Virus record (IMG/VR): IMGVR_UViG_3300033273_000098
Location: 1-42,590 of that record
DNA: 42,590 nucleotides
Direction: 5' to 3' (one strand)
Source: a virus
Both the position numbers and the translations under genes were made by a program. The notes below the pieces were generated by a model. It did no database searches, had not been told where the DNA came from, and saw only the letters and a program-made list of their open reading frames with translations. Positions 6,848 through 16,090 of the stretch are shown here, piece by piece. Position 1 is the first letter of the stretch, and every line of letters begins with the position of its first letter.

Positions 6848-7080
6848 TGACTAATATCACACCATATTACACACTGTTTGTTCGCTCACCTGAGACTGGT
6901 GAATGGGAAGATGTCTACGGATCATATGTCCGCAACGACTGCAAAGACCAGTGGCTGTACGAATACAACGGCTACGGCGAGTATACTTCCAAAGATGCCA
7001 AGATCGTCAAGACTGACGGATCCCACGAGGCACTGCTGCGCGTCCACCGCAAATTGAACCCTGACGAGGTGTCAGCATGA
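6847..7080 (+). CDS. Early hypothetical protein
   Basis: 77 aa, with a TAATG start/stop overlap onto the previous gene. Confidence 0.55.
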   Translation: MTNITPYYTLFVRSPETGEWEDVYGSYVRNDCKDQWLYEYNGYGEYTSKDAKIVKTDGSHEALLRVHRKLNPDEVSA

Positions 7081-7163
7081 ACTGGCTCGGAGACCTCATT
7101 GGATGCCTGGCACTGTTTGTCATGCTCTACGTCGGTCTGGGTGCAGCACATGTATTCGGATGA
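7077..7163 (+). CDS. Possible 28-aa hydrophobic peptide
   Basis: ATGA overlap with the upstream stop. The product is MNWLGDLIGCLALFVMLYVGLGAAHVFG. Confidence 0.3.
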   Translation: MNWLGDLIGCLALFVMLYVGLGAAHVFG

Positions 7164-7287
7164 CGATCTAGACGACTTCCTTAGGCAGCTGTTTCCACCG
7201 TTGCCTAAGCCGACCAGGGAAGAACCTGACTACCGCGATCACGTCCCCTGGAAACCATCACACACTGGCGAAGAGCCACCGTTCTAA
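7150..7287 (+). CDS. Possible 45-aa early protein
   Basis: Internal ATG of ORF 7099..7287. The product MYSDDDLDDFLRQLFPP... is acidic and Pro-rich. Confidence 0.3.
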   Translation: MYSDDDLDDFLRQLFPPLPKPTREEPDYRDHVPWKPSHTGEEPPF

Positions 7288-7301
7288 CTGGGAGAGAACA
7301 C

Positions 7302-8129
7302 ATGAACTTCATCGACTTTGTAAACACCGAGGGTCCTAACATCTGGCGCGACAAGCACCTAGCAGAGAGCCGCACTAAGATGCACCGCTTTGGCGAGTTT
7401 GGCGGCGTAGGTTTCAAAGAGATCTCAGAGATCACAGCCCGTGACATCCACGCATTCAGCCTACACCTTTTGGACCAGGGCCTAACCGTAAATACTGTCA
7501 ATCACTACAAGGCTGCTATCAGTGCAATCCTGAAGCATGCGCTGGATCTCGATGAGATCGAAAAGCTACCCAAAATTAAGTTTGCGAAAGTGCGGACTAA
7601 CCGTGTACGCTACATGTCTCACGACGAGATCGAGAAGCTAGACACATTCCTACGTGACTACAAAGGTGGCAGCTACTGGTGGATGCGCCACATGTGCACC
7701 ATTGCTTTGAACACAGGCATGCGTCATGGCGAGATCCTATCGATCACACCAGACATGGTGACCATCGAAGGTGACATGTGCACAGTGCACTTGACCAACA
7801 CCAAGAACGGCGATGACCGCGACGTAGTATGCGCTGGGAAGACCTTTGCAGCCATCATGGCCCTAGAGTTCGAACCAGGTAAATACTACAGCCACCGCAA
7901 GTTCTATAACACCTGGGATGAGGCACGTTATCGTATTGCCAAGGGTGACAAAGAGTTTGTCTTCCACATCCTACGTCACACAGCAGCCACCAAGATGGCT
8001 AACGAGCTAAAGCTACCTACGGTTACCGTAGCCCAGCAATTGGGCCATCGTAGCCTTCAGACGACTGCTAAGTACGTGCATCAGACACCTGAAACACGTG
8101 CAGAGATTGCCAAGCTAATGGGGTCCTAA
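7302..8129 (+). CDS. int: Tyrosine recombinase / phage integrase
   Basis: 275 aa. It has ALNTGMRHGEIL (Arg I), HILRHTAAT (H-x-x-R) and LGHRSLQTTAKYVH (His/Tyr nucleophile region). Confidence 0.9.
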   Translation: MNFIDFVNTEGPNIWRDKHLAESRTKMHRFGEFGGVGFKEISEITARDIHAFSLHLLDQGLTVNTVNHYKAAISAILKHALDLDEIEKLPKIKFAKVRTNRVRYMSHDEIEKLDTFLRDYKGGSYWWMRHMCTIALNTGMRHGEILSITPDMVTIEGDMCTVHLTNTKNGDDRDVVCAGKTFAAIMALEFEPGKYYSHRKFYNTWDEARYRIAKGDKEFVFHILRHTAATKMANELKLPTVTVAQQLGHRSLQTTAKYVHQTPETRAEIAKLMGS

Positions 8130-8178
8130 AGGCCCCTTTCGCACCTAAAAACGACACTAATAATATCAATGGGTTAAC

Positions 8179-8191
8179 TAAGGGACCCCCT
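8179..8191 (+). promoter_or_regulatory. Candidate phage-RNAP promoter (TAAGGGACCCCCT)
   Basis: Intergenic between int and the RNAP gene. It shares AAGGGACCCCCTCAGAA (17 nt) with the copy at 10683. Confidence 0.55.
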
Positions 8192-8216
8192 CAGAAACCC
8201 AAGGGAGACTACAAGA

Positions 8217-10679
8217 ATGACTATAGGGGTACTTCAGACACAGTCTGATCTCGAGCAGCAAATGATCCAAAGAGGTCAAGAGAGATACAAAAAGAGACAA
8301 GAGAAACTAGCACCGAGCCAACGTGAGATCCCGCACCAGGTGCTAACCGATGCCCTACCCAAGGTGTCTAAAGCTATCAAAGAGGCACTTGAAGAGGACG
8401 CGAAACGCTTCCACTCTGGCCTTGGCAAAAAGAGCCTGTGGTACGAGGAGCTAATTGATCAAGACACAGACACCCTAGCCTACTTAGGTCTGAACTCTTG
8501 CTACGAAAGCGTGATGATGCAGGGTACTCTAGCTGGCTGTCTGATCACTATAGGATCTAGGGTCGAACTAGAGTGCTGGGCTGAAGATCTACGTGCGTAT
8601 GATGACACACTGTTCAAACGCCTGGTCAAACAGGTGACCCGAGATCACTCCAGTGAACGCTATCGGCTCAAGGCCGCACGTATCATAGCCACCAAAGCTG
8701 GCTTCAAGTTTGATAAGTGGTCAAGGTCGATGAAGGTGAATATCGCTAGTCCGATCCTGAATGCTGTCTTGGAACACTCAGAGATATTCGATGTCGCCAC
8801 AGTAGAAGAGAACCTGAAGACACATCGGACCTTATGTCTGACTGATGCAGCTGAAGGTCTCATCCGTCAGCGCATGTTTGACGCAAGCTGGGCCGAGCCA
8901 GCCTTTGGTCCACTTATAGTTCCACCAAAGCCCTGGACTGCCTTCGACAGCGGTGTCTATGAAAACGAGATGTTGTCGACCCTGGTACCTATGATCCGTA
9001 GGACCACCACAGAGCAGCGGAGAGCCATCGAGAGAGACTTTGAGAGAGAACCTGAGCCTCTATATGTCAAAGCTATAAACGCGCTCCAGGACACCCCTCT
9101 GCGGATCAACAAGCGCGTCTTGGATGTCTTGGATTGGTGCGTCAGTGAAAAGCTCAGGTTCGGTAAGTTTCCAGAGCTGGAACCACCGATCTTTCCTAAG
9201 CTACCTGAAGACTTCGAGGATCTACCTGAGAAGCAGCAACGGCAGCTGAAGAAGGACCAAAAGGATTGGCACGTGAAGAGACGTGAGTCAGTTGCCAACC
9301 TGGTTGTCATGGATGATGACCTGAAGTCGGCTTTTAAGATGGCTGAGTATGATCGCTTCTGGATTGGCTGGAGCTTTGACTTCAGAGGGCGCATGTACCC
9401 TGTCAGCCATTTCAACTACCACCGTGATGACCACATCAAGGCACTCTTTGAGTTTGCTAGAGGTCGACCAGTGGCTGAAGAGGACAGAGGTTGGCTTGCG
9501 ATCCACCTGGCTAACGTCGGTGACTTCAAGAAGATCTCCAAGGCATCTCTGGATGATCGGATCCAGTGGGTCATGGACAATGAGGAGTGGTTGCGTCAGG
9601 TCAATGACGACCCCAAGTCCACCTTCGATCTGTGGACCCAAGCTGACAAACCGTTCCAGTTCCTGGCGGCTGTCTTTGCCTACTTTAGCGACGACCCTGT
9701 GTGTCACCTTCCAGTTTCCCTGGATGGAACTAACAGTGGCGTCCAGCACTATGCCCTGGCACTTCGGTCATCTGAGGACGGTCACATGGTTAACCTGGTG
9801 CCAGACGATAAGTGCCAGGACGTCTACCAGACCGTGGCTAACCAGGTGATCCAGGATCTGACTGAGGATGGATCTGAGGAAGCAGTCAAATGGCTCGACT
9901 ACGGCATCACTAGATCCACGGTCAAACGTAATGTCATGACCTATGGGTACAGCAGCGTCGAGCGTGGGTTTGGCGATCAGATCATCGAAGATCTCATGCA
10001 GCCGCTACAAAAGGACGTCAACTATGGGACGATCCCCGAGCACCCGTTCGGTGACGTCAGAGACCAGGAGAAGTACGCCAGGTTTCTAGCCAAGTTCAAC
10101 TACCAGGCAGTGCAGAAGGTCATCTCTAGTGTGGCCCAGGGCATGGACTTCTTACAGTCATATGCTGACGCCCTGGCTCGTGAAGGTAAGTCAGTTCGGT
10201 GGACAACACCCAGTGGTTTCCCAGCGGTCCAAAGGTACACCAAACCTGACGTCAAACGAGTGAAGATCTTCCTATATGACCGAGAGGCCAAGCTACGGAA
10301 ACAGACCAGGGTCACGCTACACAGTGACGGACCCACGTACGACACCAGGAAGGCAAGAGCTGGCATAGCCCCCAACTTCGTGCATTCCCTGGACTCAGCT
10401 CACATGCAGTTGGCTATCGTGCACGGTCTCGAGCAGGGCATCGAGGACTTCTTTATGATCCACGATAGTTTTGGTACGGCTGCTGGTCAGACCTGGTCAT
10501 TCTACCACTGCATCCGTCACGCGATTGTCGACATGTACGAGGACAACTGTGTTCTGGGCAACTTCGAGATCGAGTGTCGTAACCGTCTGGCTAACCCAGA
10601 CATGGACCTAGCACAGGTCCCACAGAAGGGCACATTAGATGTCCGAGCAGTCCTGGACAGCGAATATTGCTTTAGCTGA
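8217..10679 (+). CDS. T7-like single-subunit DNA-dependent RNA polymerase
   Basis: 820 aa. DGTNSGVQHYA, IAPNFVHSLDSAHM, MIHDSFGT and the C-terminal ...SEYCFS correspond to T7 gp1 DGSCSGIQH, APNFVHSQD, IHDSFGT and the ...FAFA foot. Confidence 0.95.
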   Translation: MTIGVLQTQSDLEQQMIQRGQERYKKRQEKLAPSQREIPHQVLTDALPKVSKAIKEALEEDAKRFHSGLGKKSLWYEELIDQDTDTLAYLGLNSCYESVMMQGTLAGCLITIGSRVELECWAEDLRAYDDTLFKRLVKQVTRDHSSERYRLKAARIIATKAGFKFDKWSRSMKVNIASPILNAVLEHSEIFDVATVEENLKTHRTLCLTDAAEGLIRQRMFDASWAEPAFGPLIVPPKPWTAFDSGVYENEMLSTLVPMIRRTTTEQRRAIERDFEREPEPLYVKAINALQDTPLRINKRVLDVLDWCVSEKLRFGKFPELEPPIFPKLPEDFEDLPEKQQRQLKKDQKDWHVKRRESVANLVVMDDDLKSAFKMAEYDRFWIGWSFDFRGRMYPVSHFNYHRDDHIKALFEFARGRPVAEEDRGWLAIHLANVGDFKKISKASLDDRIQWVMDNEEWLRQVNDDPKSTFDLWTQADKPFQFLAAVFAYFSDDPVCHLPVSLDGTNSGVQHYALALRSSEDGHMVNLVPDDKCQDVYQTVANQVIQDLTEDGSEEAVKWLDYGITRSTVKRNVMTYGYSSVERGFGDQIIEDLMQPLQKDVNYGTIPEHPFGDVRDQEKYARFLAKFNYQAVQKVISSVAQGMDFLQSYADALAREGKSVRWTTPSGFPAVQRYTKPDVKRVKIFLYDREAKLRKQTRVTLHSDGPTYDTRKARAGIAPNFVHSLDSAHMQLAIVHGLEQGIEDFFMIHDSFGTAAGQTWSFYHCIRHAIVDMYEDNCVLGNFEIECRNRLANPDMDLAQVPQKGTLDVRAVLDSEYCFS

Positions 10680-10682
10680 ACC

Positions 10683-10694
10683 AAGGGACCCCCT
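10683..10694 (+). promoter_or_regulatory. Candidate phage-RNAP promoter (AAGGGACCCCCT)
   Basis: Intergenic between the RNAP and SSB genes, in the same orientation as the other copies. Confidence 0.55.
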
Positions 10695-10742
10695 CAGAAC
10701 CAGTAGAAAAGGTTCACGTTGGAAACACTACAGGAGACTCAT

Positions 10743-11285
10743 ATGAGCAAAACTAAATTCGTATCCCCAGCTGGCATTGCACAATACCCGTGGCTTCAGC
10801 CTGGGCGACCAGACACAGCCTTCGATCCTGAAGGTAAGTACAAGGTCGAATTACGATTGGCACCAAAAGATGCAAAACACATGACTAACCTGATTGAACA
10901 GGTGACGTCAGAAAACTTCGGTGCCAAGGACAAAGTCCACAAGCCCTTCAAGATCGATGACGAGACTGGAGAGTACTCTTTTAAGATCCAATCAAAGTAC
11001 CAACCAAAGTACTATGACGCATCAGGCAACCCAATTCCCTTGGAGTCAGTGCCATCGATGTTCTCAGGATCTGAGCTGCGTGTCTCTGGTCAGGTCGATG
11101 CCTACACTAATGGTGCCAAGAAAGGCATCAGCCTACGCCTGGCAAACGTCCAGGTGATCAACCCAGTATCTGGTGGGTCTGGTGATGGTGCAGGTGACTT
11201 CGATGCTGTCGATGGGTTCACAGTCACGTCAGGTGGTTCGAGCGAGTTTGCTGACGACCTGAATGATGAACTTGAGGACTTCTAA
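10743..11285 (+). CDS. Single-stranded DNA-binding protein (T7 gp2.5-like)
   Basis: 180 aa from the ATG with AGGAG 6 nt upstream. The acidic C-terminal tail ends ...DDLNDELEDF, with a terminal Phe as in gp2.5. It lies between RNAP and endonuclease I. Confidence 0.75.
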   Translation: MSKTKFVSPAGIAQYPWLQPGRPDTAFDPEGKYKVELRLAPKDAKHMTNLIEQVTSENFGAKDKVHKPFKIDDETGEYSFKIQSKYQPKYYDASGNPIPLESVPSMFSGSELRVSGQVDAYTNGAKKGISLRLANVQVINPVSGGSGDGAGDFDAVDGFTVTSGGSSEFADDLNDELEDF

Positions 11286-11700
11286 AGCTGCCTATCGGCT
11301 GGGCTTTAGATCAGGACTGGAAAAGAAGGTCAGCGAACAGATACTCGAGGCAGGGATCAAGCTCCTCTACGAGACGGACAAGATCCAATTTACCATTCCA
11401 GCACGACAGGCAAAGTATACGCCTGACTTTAAGCTCCCAAAACCTGGGGGCTTTTTCTTTGTCGAAACGAAAGGGATCTGGGCAGTTCAAGATAGGCAAA
11501 AGCATATCCTGATCGCGCAACAGATGCCTGAGTTAGACATCCGCTTCGTCTTCTCCAATCAGAACGCACGTTTGTACAAGGGTTCCCCGACCACGTACGC
11601 GATGTACTGCGAGAAGCACGGGTTCAGGTATGCGAACAAGGTCATACCTGATGAATGGCTTGAAGAAGCCAAACAAGGAGAGAGCGAGGGGGCGGCTTAG
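11263..11700 (+). CDS. Endonuclease I (T7 gp3-like Holliday-junction resolvase)
   Basis: FRSGLEKKVSEQ, YTPDF, FVETKG, ELDIRFVFSN, LYKGSPTTY and CEKHGF match T7 gp3 block for block. Confidence 0.9.
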   Translation: MMNLRTSKAAYRLGFRSGLEKKVSEQILEAGIKLLYETDKIQFTIPARQAKYTPDFKLPKPGGFFFVETKGIWAVQDRQKHILIAQQMPELDIRFVFSNQNARLYKGSPTTYAMYCEKHGFRYANKVIPDEWLEEAKQGESEGAA

Positions 11701-11719
11701 GTCGCCCCTTTTTATTTTA
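11689..11719 (+). terminator. Intrinsic-type terminator after the endonuclease gene
   Basis: ggggcg (11689-94) pairs with cgcccc (11703-08) around an 8-nt loop that contains the stop codon. It is followed by tttttatttt. Confidence 0.6.
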
Positions 11720-11734
11720 CTGGGAGTTAACGCG

Positions 11735-11935
11735 ATGAAGATAAAACGCATAGATCCGTTCACAGGTAAGACCAATGAAATGGACCTACCCATAACCACT
11801 GAGCAGTATGATCGCTGGCAGTCTGGTGTCTTAATTCAATATGCATTTCCAGATCTGACGCCCACGCAACGTGAGTTTATCAAGACTGGTATTATGGATT
11901 GGCCTTGGCCTAACGACGGTGATTTCAATGAGTAA
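11735..11935 (+). CDS. Hypothetical protein
   Basis: 66 aa (MKIKRIDPFTGKTNEMDL...) with GGGAG upstream. It ends 8 nt inside the primase gene. Confidence 0.55.
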   Translation: MKIKRIDPFTGKTNEMDLPITTEQYDRWQSGVLIQYAFPDLTPTQREFIKTGIMDWPWPNDGDFNE

Positions 11936-13547
11936 TGTTGAGACAACCGAAAGCGAATTCGTACGTCACGTCCCATGTGACGAGTGTGGATCCCGCGACA
12001 ACGGCGCAATGTACAGCGACGGGCATGTCTATTGCTTTGGCTGCGGTGCCTGGGTCGCTGGTGACGGTGAGACGCCCACCTGGACGCCAGAACGCAAACC
12101 AGCCGTTCCCCTGGTCAGTGGCGAGTATAAAGCTCTTCGATCACGCAAGATCACCGAAGAGACCTGCCGCAAGTTTGGCTACATGGTCGGACGCATGGGT
12201 GGCGAAACAGTGCAGCTGGCGACATACAAGGACAGCAAGGGCCGTCCAGTCGCGCAGAAGGTCCGCACCAAAGATAAGAAGTTCTCAATCGTTGGTGAGA
12301 GCAAGAAGATGACCCTGTTTGGATCGCACCTGTGGTCCAACGGCAAGATCCTCACTATCTGTGAAGGCGAGATTGATGCCATGTCGGTCAGTCAGATGCA
12401 GAACCACAAGTGGGCAACCGTCAGTCTACCTAACGGTGCTCACTCAGCTAAACGAGCGATCCTAGAGAATTACGATTATGTGACTGGGTTTGAGTCCGTC
12501 GTGCTTATGTTCGACAATGACGAACCTGGTCGCGAAGCTGCCATCGAGTGTGCAGAAGCATTGCCAATTGGGTTAGCCAAGATCGCTAACCTGGGCGAAC
12601 ACAAGGATGCCAATGAGGCACTTGTGAAAGGAGATGCAAAGACAGTCATACAGGCGATACACCAGGCTCGTGACTACCGTCCTGATGGTATCGTGGCAGC
12701 TGCCGACCTCAGAGAGGTTATAGGTGTGGGGGATGCTGTCTCTCCCATTAGTTACCCTTACAGCAAGCTCAACGATATCACGAAGGGCTTACGGCTGGGG
12801 TCACTGGTCACCATTGCCGCTGGCTCTGGGGTCGGCAAATCTACGTTCGTACGTGAGCTGATGTATCACGTGCAGCAGTCAGGTTTCCCTATCGGTATGA
12901 TGATGCTCGAAGAGAGTACCAAGCGTACCGCCCAGGGCCTGGTTGGCTTACACATGAACAAGAACATCACAGTGTGTGTCGAGGACACGTCTGAGGATGA
13001 AATCGTCAGTGCGTTTGATGACATGCTCAAGGCTGGTGAATTCTACTTGTTCGATCACTTCGGATCCACGGATCTGGACGTCATCATCAGTCGCATACGC
13101 TACATGAACAAGGCCCTGGGATGCCAGGTCATCTGTTTAGATCACGTATCGATCCTGGTCAGTGGTTTAACTTCAGGTGTGTCAGATGAACGACGTCTGG
13201 TAGATGACATAATGACCAGGCTACGTGTCGAGGTCCAAGCCCTGGGCATCTGCCTTATCCTGGTGTCCCACCTACGTCGCCCACAAGGGGACAAGGGACA
13301 CGAAGGGGGAGCACAAGTGTCTTTGAGCCAGCTCAGGGGGTCACATGCTATTGCGCAGTTGGCAGACACCTGCATCGGCATCAACGTGGACGCTGACGAT
13401 CCGACATCTGGAAAGCGAAACCTGGTCGTCCTGAAGAACAGGCACACGGGTGAGGTAGGCGCAGCTGGTGTTCTCAAGTACGACCTGGACACAGGGCGTC
13501 TGAGCGAGACCAATGACTTCAATGAATTCGAAGACGTGCCGTTCTGA
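11928..13547 (+). CDS. Bifunctional DNA primase-helicase (T7 gp4-like)
   Basis: It has the zinc finger CDECGSRDNGAMYSDGHVYCFGCG, TOPRIM-like ICEGEIDAMS...MFDNDEPG and the Walker A AAGSGVGKST. The start was chosen at the ATG giving MSNVETTESEFVRHVPC. Confidence 0.9.
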   Translation: MSNVETTESEFVRHVPCDECGSRDNGAMYSDGHVYCFGCGAWVAGDGETPTWTPERKPAVPLVSGEYKALRSRKITEETCRKFGYMVGRMGGETVQLATYKDSKGRPVAQKVRTKDKKFSIVGESKKMTLFGSHLWSNGKILTICEGEIDAMSVSQMQNHKWATVSLPNGAHSAKRAILENYDYVTGFESVVLMFDNDEPGREAAIECAEALPIGLAKIANLGEHKDANEALVKGDAKTVIQAIHQARDYRPDGIVAAADLREVIGVGDAVSPISYPYSKLNDITKGLRLGSLVTIAAGSGVGKSTFVRELMYHVQQSGFPIGMMMLEESTKRTAQGLVGLHMNKNITVCVEDTSEDEIVSAFDDMLKAGEFYLFDHFGSTDLDVIISRIRYMNKALGCQVICLDHVSILVSGLTSGVSDERRLVDDIMTRLRVEVQALGICLILVSHLRRPQGDKGHEGGAQVSLSQLRGSHAIAQLADTCIGINVDADDPTSGKRNLVVLKNRHTGEVGAAGVLKYDLDTGRLSETNDFNEFEDVPF

Positions 13548-13771
13548 TGCAGTGGTTCACAGTCTTATTCATTGAGTACACCAGTGCTCAGTATGGCTAC
13601 CTGTGGGCACAGGTACTCTTCCCCACGTACGAGCAATGTGAACAGGCTATGGAGATCCATGAGCCTCTTTACGAAACCTATCGAGACGCGGCGGTCTACT
13701 GCCAGCGCATCAAACTTAGCAAATCAATCAGACCGAAACTAAGACCAGAGGAGAGCACCCATGGTTTCTGA
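13547..13771 (+). CDS. Hypothetical protein
   Basis: 74 aa. Its start overlaps the helicase stop (TGATG). Confidence 0.45.
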   Translation: MQWFTVLFIEYTSAQYGYLWAQVLFPTYEQCEQAMEIHEPLYETYRDAAVYCQRIKLSKSIRPKLRPEESTHGF

Positions 13772-14126
13772 GAAGTTTATCTACCCGCTAACAATGAACG
13801 ACTACCAGGCAGACACAGCACAGTTTGCCATCTACAGGCACAAGGTGGTCTACCCTGCGCTGGGCCTCGCAAACGAAGCTGGTGAAGTGCTGGGCAAGAT
13901 CAAGAAGCTCATGCGCGATCATGAGTTGAGCTTTGGCCCTGAGCAGAAGGTGTCAGACAAGGATCGAGCAGAGATAGCTGACGAGCTTGGTGACGTGCTC
14001 TGGTACATTGCCGCCCTGGCACGTGACCTGGGCATCAGTATGAATGAGCTTGCACACATTAATGTGGAGAAGCTGACGTCACGTCAGAAGCGCGGCGTGA
14101 TTAAAGGATCGGGAGACAACAGATGA
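13761..14126 (+). CDS. mazG: MazG-like nucleoside triphosphate pyrophosphohydrolase
   Basis: It has GLANEAGEVLGKIKK and ELGDVLWYIAALA (the EXXE/D metal-binding helices), plus a C-terminal ...RQKRGVIKGSGDNR. Confidence 0.8.
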   Translation: MVSEKFIYPLTMNDYQADTAQFAIYRHKVVYPALGLANEAGEVLGKIKKLMRDHELSFGPEQKVSDKDRAEIADELGDVLWYIAALARDLGISMNELAHINVEKLTSRQKRGVIKGSGDNR

Positions 14127-14299
14127 GTGACTACACGGTTCACATAAATAAGATCACAGAGCACAAGGACGGCTCTGCTACACTTGACGTAGAAGTCCCT
14201 GACGAAACCTACAAGTTAATATTCGAGTACGGCTTACAGATGCTATTCTTGAAGGCCGCAGAGAATGCTAAAAGTACTCTGACTGAGGGACCGAAGTGA
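14123..14299 (+). CDS. Hypothetical protein (58 aa)
   Basis: ATGA overlap with the mazG stop. It fills the 170-nt gap before the polymerase gene and ends 4 nt inside that gene. Confidence 0.4.
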   Translation: MSDYTVHINKITEHKDGSATLDVEVPDETYKLIFEYGLQMLFLKAAENAKSTLTEGPK

Positions 14300-16065
14300 C
14301 CCGCTGGGTCTGGGATCTGGAGAGCGACGGACTATTAGACAAGATCACTAAGATCCACTGCATTGTGTTGAGACACGTTGAGACCGACGAGGTGCAAACC
14401 TACGGCCCCGACGAGATCAAGGCAGCACTGTTCACGCTGATGAATGCTGAGGAAGTCATTGGTCACAACATCATCGACTACGACATCCCCGCACTCCAGA
14501 AGGTGTACCCTGGCTTTGAGATACTAGGCAAAGTCACGGACACACTCATACTGTCTCGCTTGTGTGAAGCAAACCTGGCAGAGAAAGACGTTATTCGTCA
14601 CACAAAGGATCCCGAGAAGTTCCCAAAGAAACTGACAGGATCCCACAGCCTAAAGGCCTGGGGCTTACGCCTGGGCGATTACAAGGATGACTACGATGGC
14701 GGTTGGGAAAACTATAGCCAAGAGATGCTGGACTACTGCGTCCAGGACACTCAGGTCACCCGCGTTTTATACGATCATCTTATGGATCGCGGTTTTTCTA
14801 CTCAGTCGATAGACCTGTCGATGTCTATGGCACAGATATGTCATAACATTGGTAACAATGGGTGGACGTTTGATGAGCCTAAGGCAATCGAGCTGTATTC
14901 CGTACTTGCGCAGAAACGTAACGAGTTAGAGCAAGGCCTGGACGAGCTGTTCCCGCCCTGGGAAGTCACTGAAGAGTTTGTACCCAAGGTCAACAACTCG
15001 AAGCTGGGCTACGTGAAAGGCGAGACGTTTATCAAGCGCAAGCAGGTAGCGTTCAACCCAAGCTCACGTCGTCACATAGAGTTCTGTCTACGTGAGAAGT
15101 ATGCCTGGAAACCTAAGAAGTTTACAGAGAAGGGTCACGCCCAGATCGATGAGAATGTATTGGGTCAGCTACCATATCCTGAGGCCAAGAAACTGGCAGA
15201 ATACTTCCTGGTGCAGAAACGCCTGGGACAGCTGGCAGAAGGTCCCCAGGCATGGCTACGCAAGAAGGATGATGACGGTAAGATCAGACACAAGATCCAG
15301 GTCAACAAAACGATCTCGGGCCGCTGTGCGCATTCGTCACCAAACCTGGCCCAGGTGCCTAAAACCACCCTGCCGTATGGTCGTGAGTGTCGTGAGCTAT
15401 TCACGGTCCCTGACGGCTGGTTCCTGACTGGTAGCGACCTTAGTGGCCTTGAGCTGCGGTGCCTTGCCCACTACCTGAATGATGGCGGTGAGTATGCCAA
15501 GCAGATCCTCGAGGGTGACATCCATACCCACAATCAAAAGGCTGCTGGCCTGGCTACTAGAGACCAGGCGAAGACCTTTATTTACGCCACGATGTACGGC
15601 GGGGGTGATGCCCTGATTGGCAAGATAGCTGGCAAAGGTGCAAAGCACGGCAAGCAGCTAAAGGAGAACTTCAACAAGAACATCCCAGCGTTTGGAACAC
15701 TGCTCCAAAGACTCAAAGCAGCACATGACAAAAGAGGTCACTTGATTGGCCTCGATGGCAGGAAACTGTTCATCAGGTCAGAGCACAAGTTGCTATCACA
15801 ACTCCTGCAATCATGCGGTGCAATCATATGCACTAAGTGGGTGCAGCTGGCCTACAACGAAATCAACAGGCAGCACGAAGGCGATGCATACATCGTTGGC
15901 TGGATTCATGACGAGATCCAGGTTGCCTGTCGTACACAGGAGATCGCTGAGAATGTCGGTGATATCGCTCGACGAATGGCGCAAGAAACAGGCCGCCATT
16001 TCAAAACTAAAATCCCCATTACCGCAGAATATTCCGTGGGCCGAACTTGGGCTGACACACACTGA
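14296..16065 (+). CDS. Family A DNA polymerase (T7 gp5-like, without the thioredoxin-binding insert)
   Basis: The exonuclease N-terminus is WDLESDGLLDKITKIHC. Motif A is DLSGLELR, motif B KTFIYATMYGGG and motif C WIHDEIQV. GTG start. Confidence 0.92.
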   Translation: MTRWVWDLESDGLLDKITKIHCIVLRHVETDEVQTYGPDEIKAALFTLMNAEEVIGHNIIDYDIPALQKVYPGFEILGKVTDTLILSRLCEANLAEKDVIRHTKDPEKFPKKLTGSHSLKAWGLRLGDYKDDYDGGWENYSQEMLDYCVQDTQVTRVLYDHLMDRGFSTQSIDLSMSMAQICHNIGNNGWTFDEPKAIELYSVLAQKRNELEQGLDELFPPWEVTEEFVPKVNNSKLGYVKGETFIKRKQVAFNPSSRRHIEFCLREKYAWKPKKFTEKGHAQIDENVLGQLPYPEAKKLAEYFLVQKRLGQLAEGPQAWLRKKDDDGKIRHKIQVNKTISGRCAHSSPNLAQVPKTTLPYGRECRELFTVPDGWFLTGSDLSGLELRCLAHYLNDGGEYAKQILEGDIHTHNQKAAGLATRDQAKTFIYATMYGGGDALIGKIAGKGAKHGKQLKENFNKNIPAFGTLLQRLKAAHDKRGHLIGLDGRKLFIRSEHKLLSQLLQSCGAIICTKWVQLAYNEINRQHEGDAYIVGWIHDEIQVACRTQEIAENVGDIARRMAQETGRHFKTKIPITAEYSVGRTWADTH

Positions 16066-16090
16066 GGTAGGGGCAGAACTAGAAGCTCTA

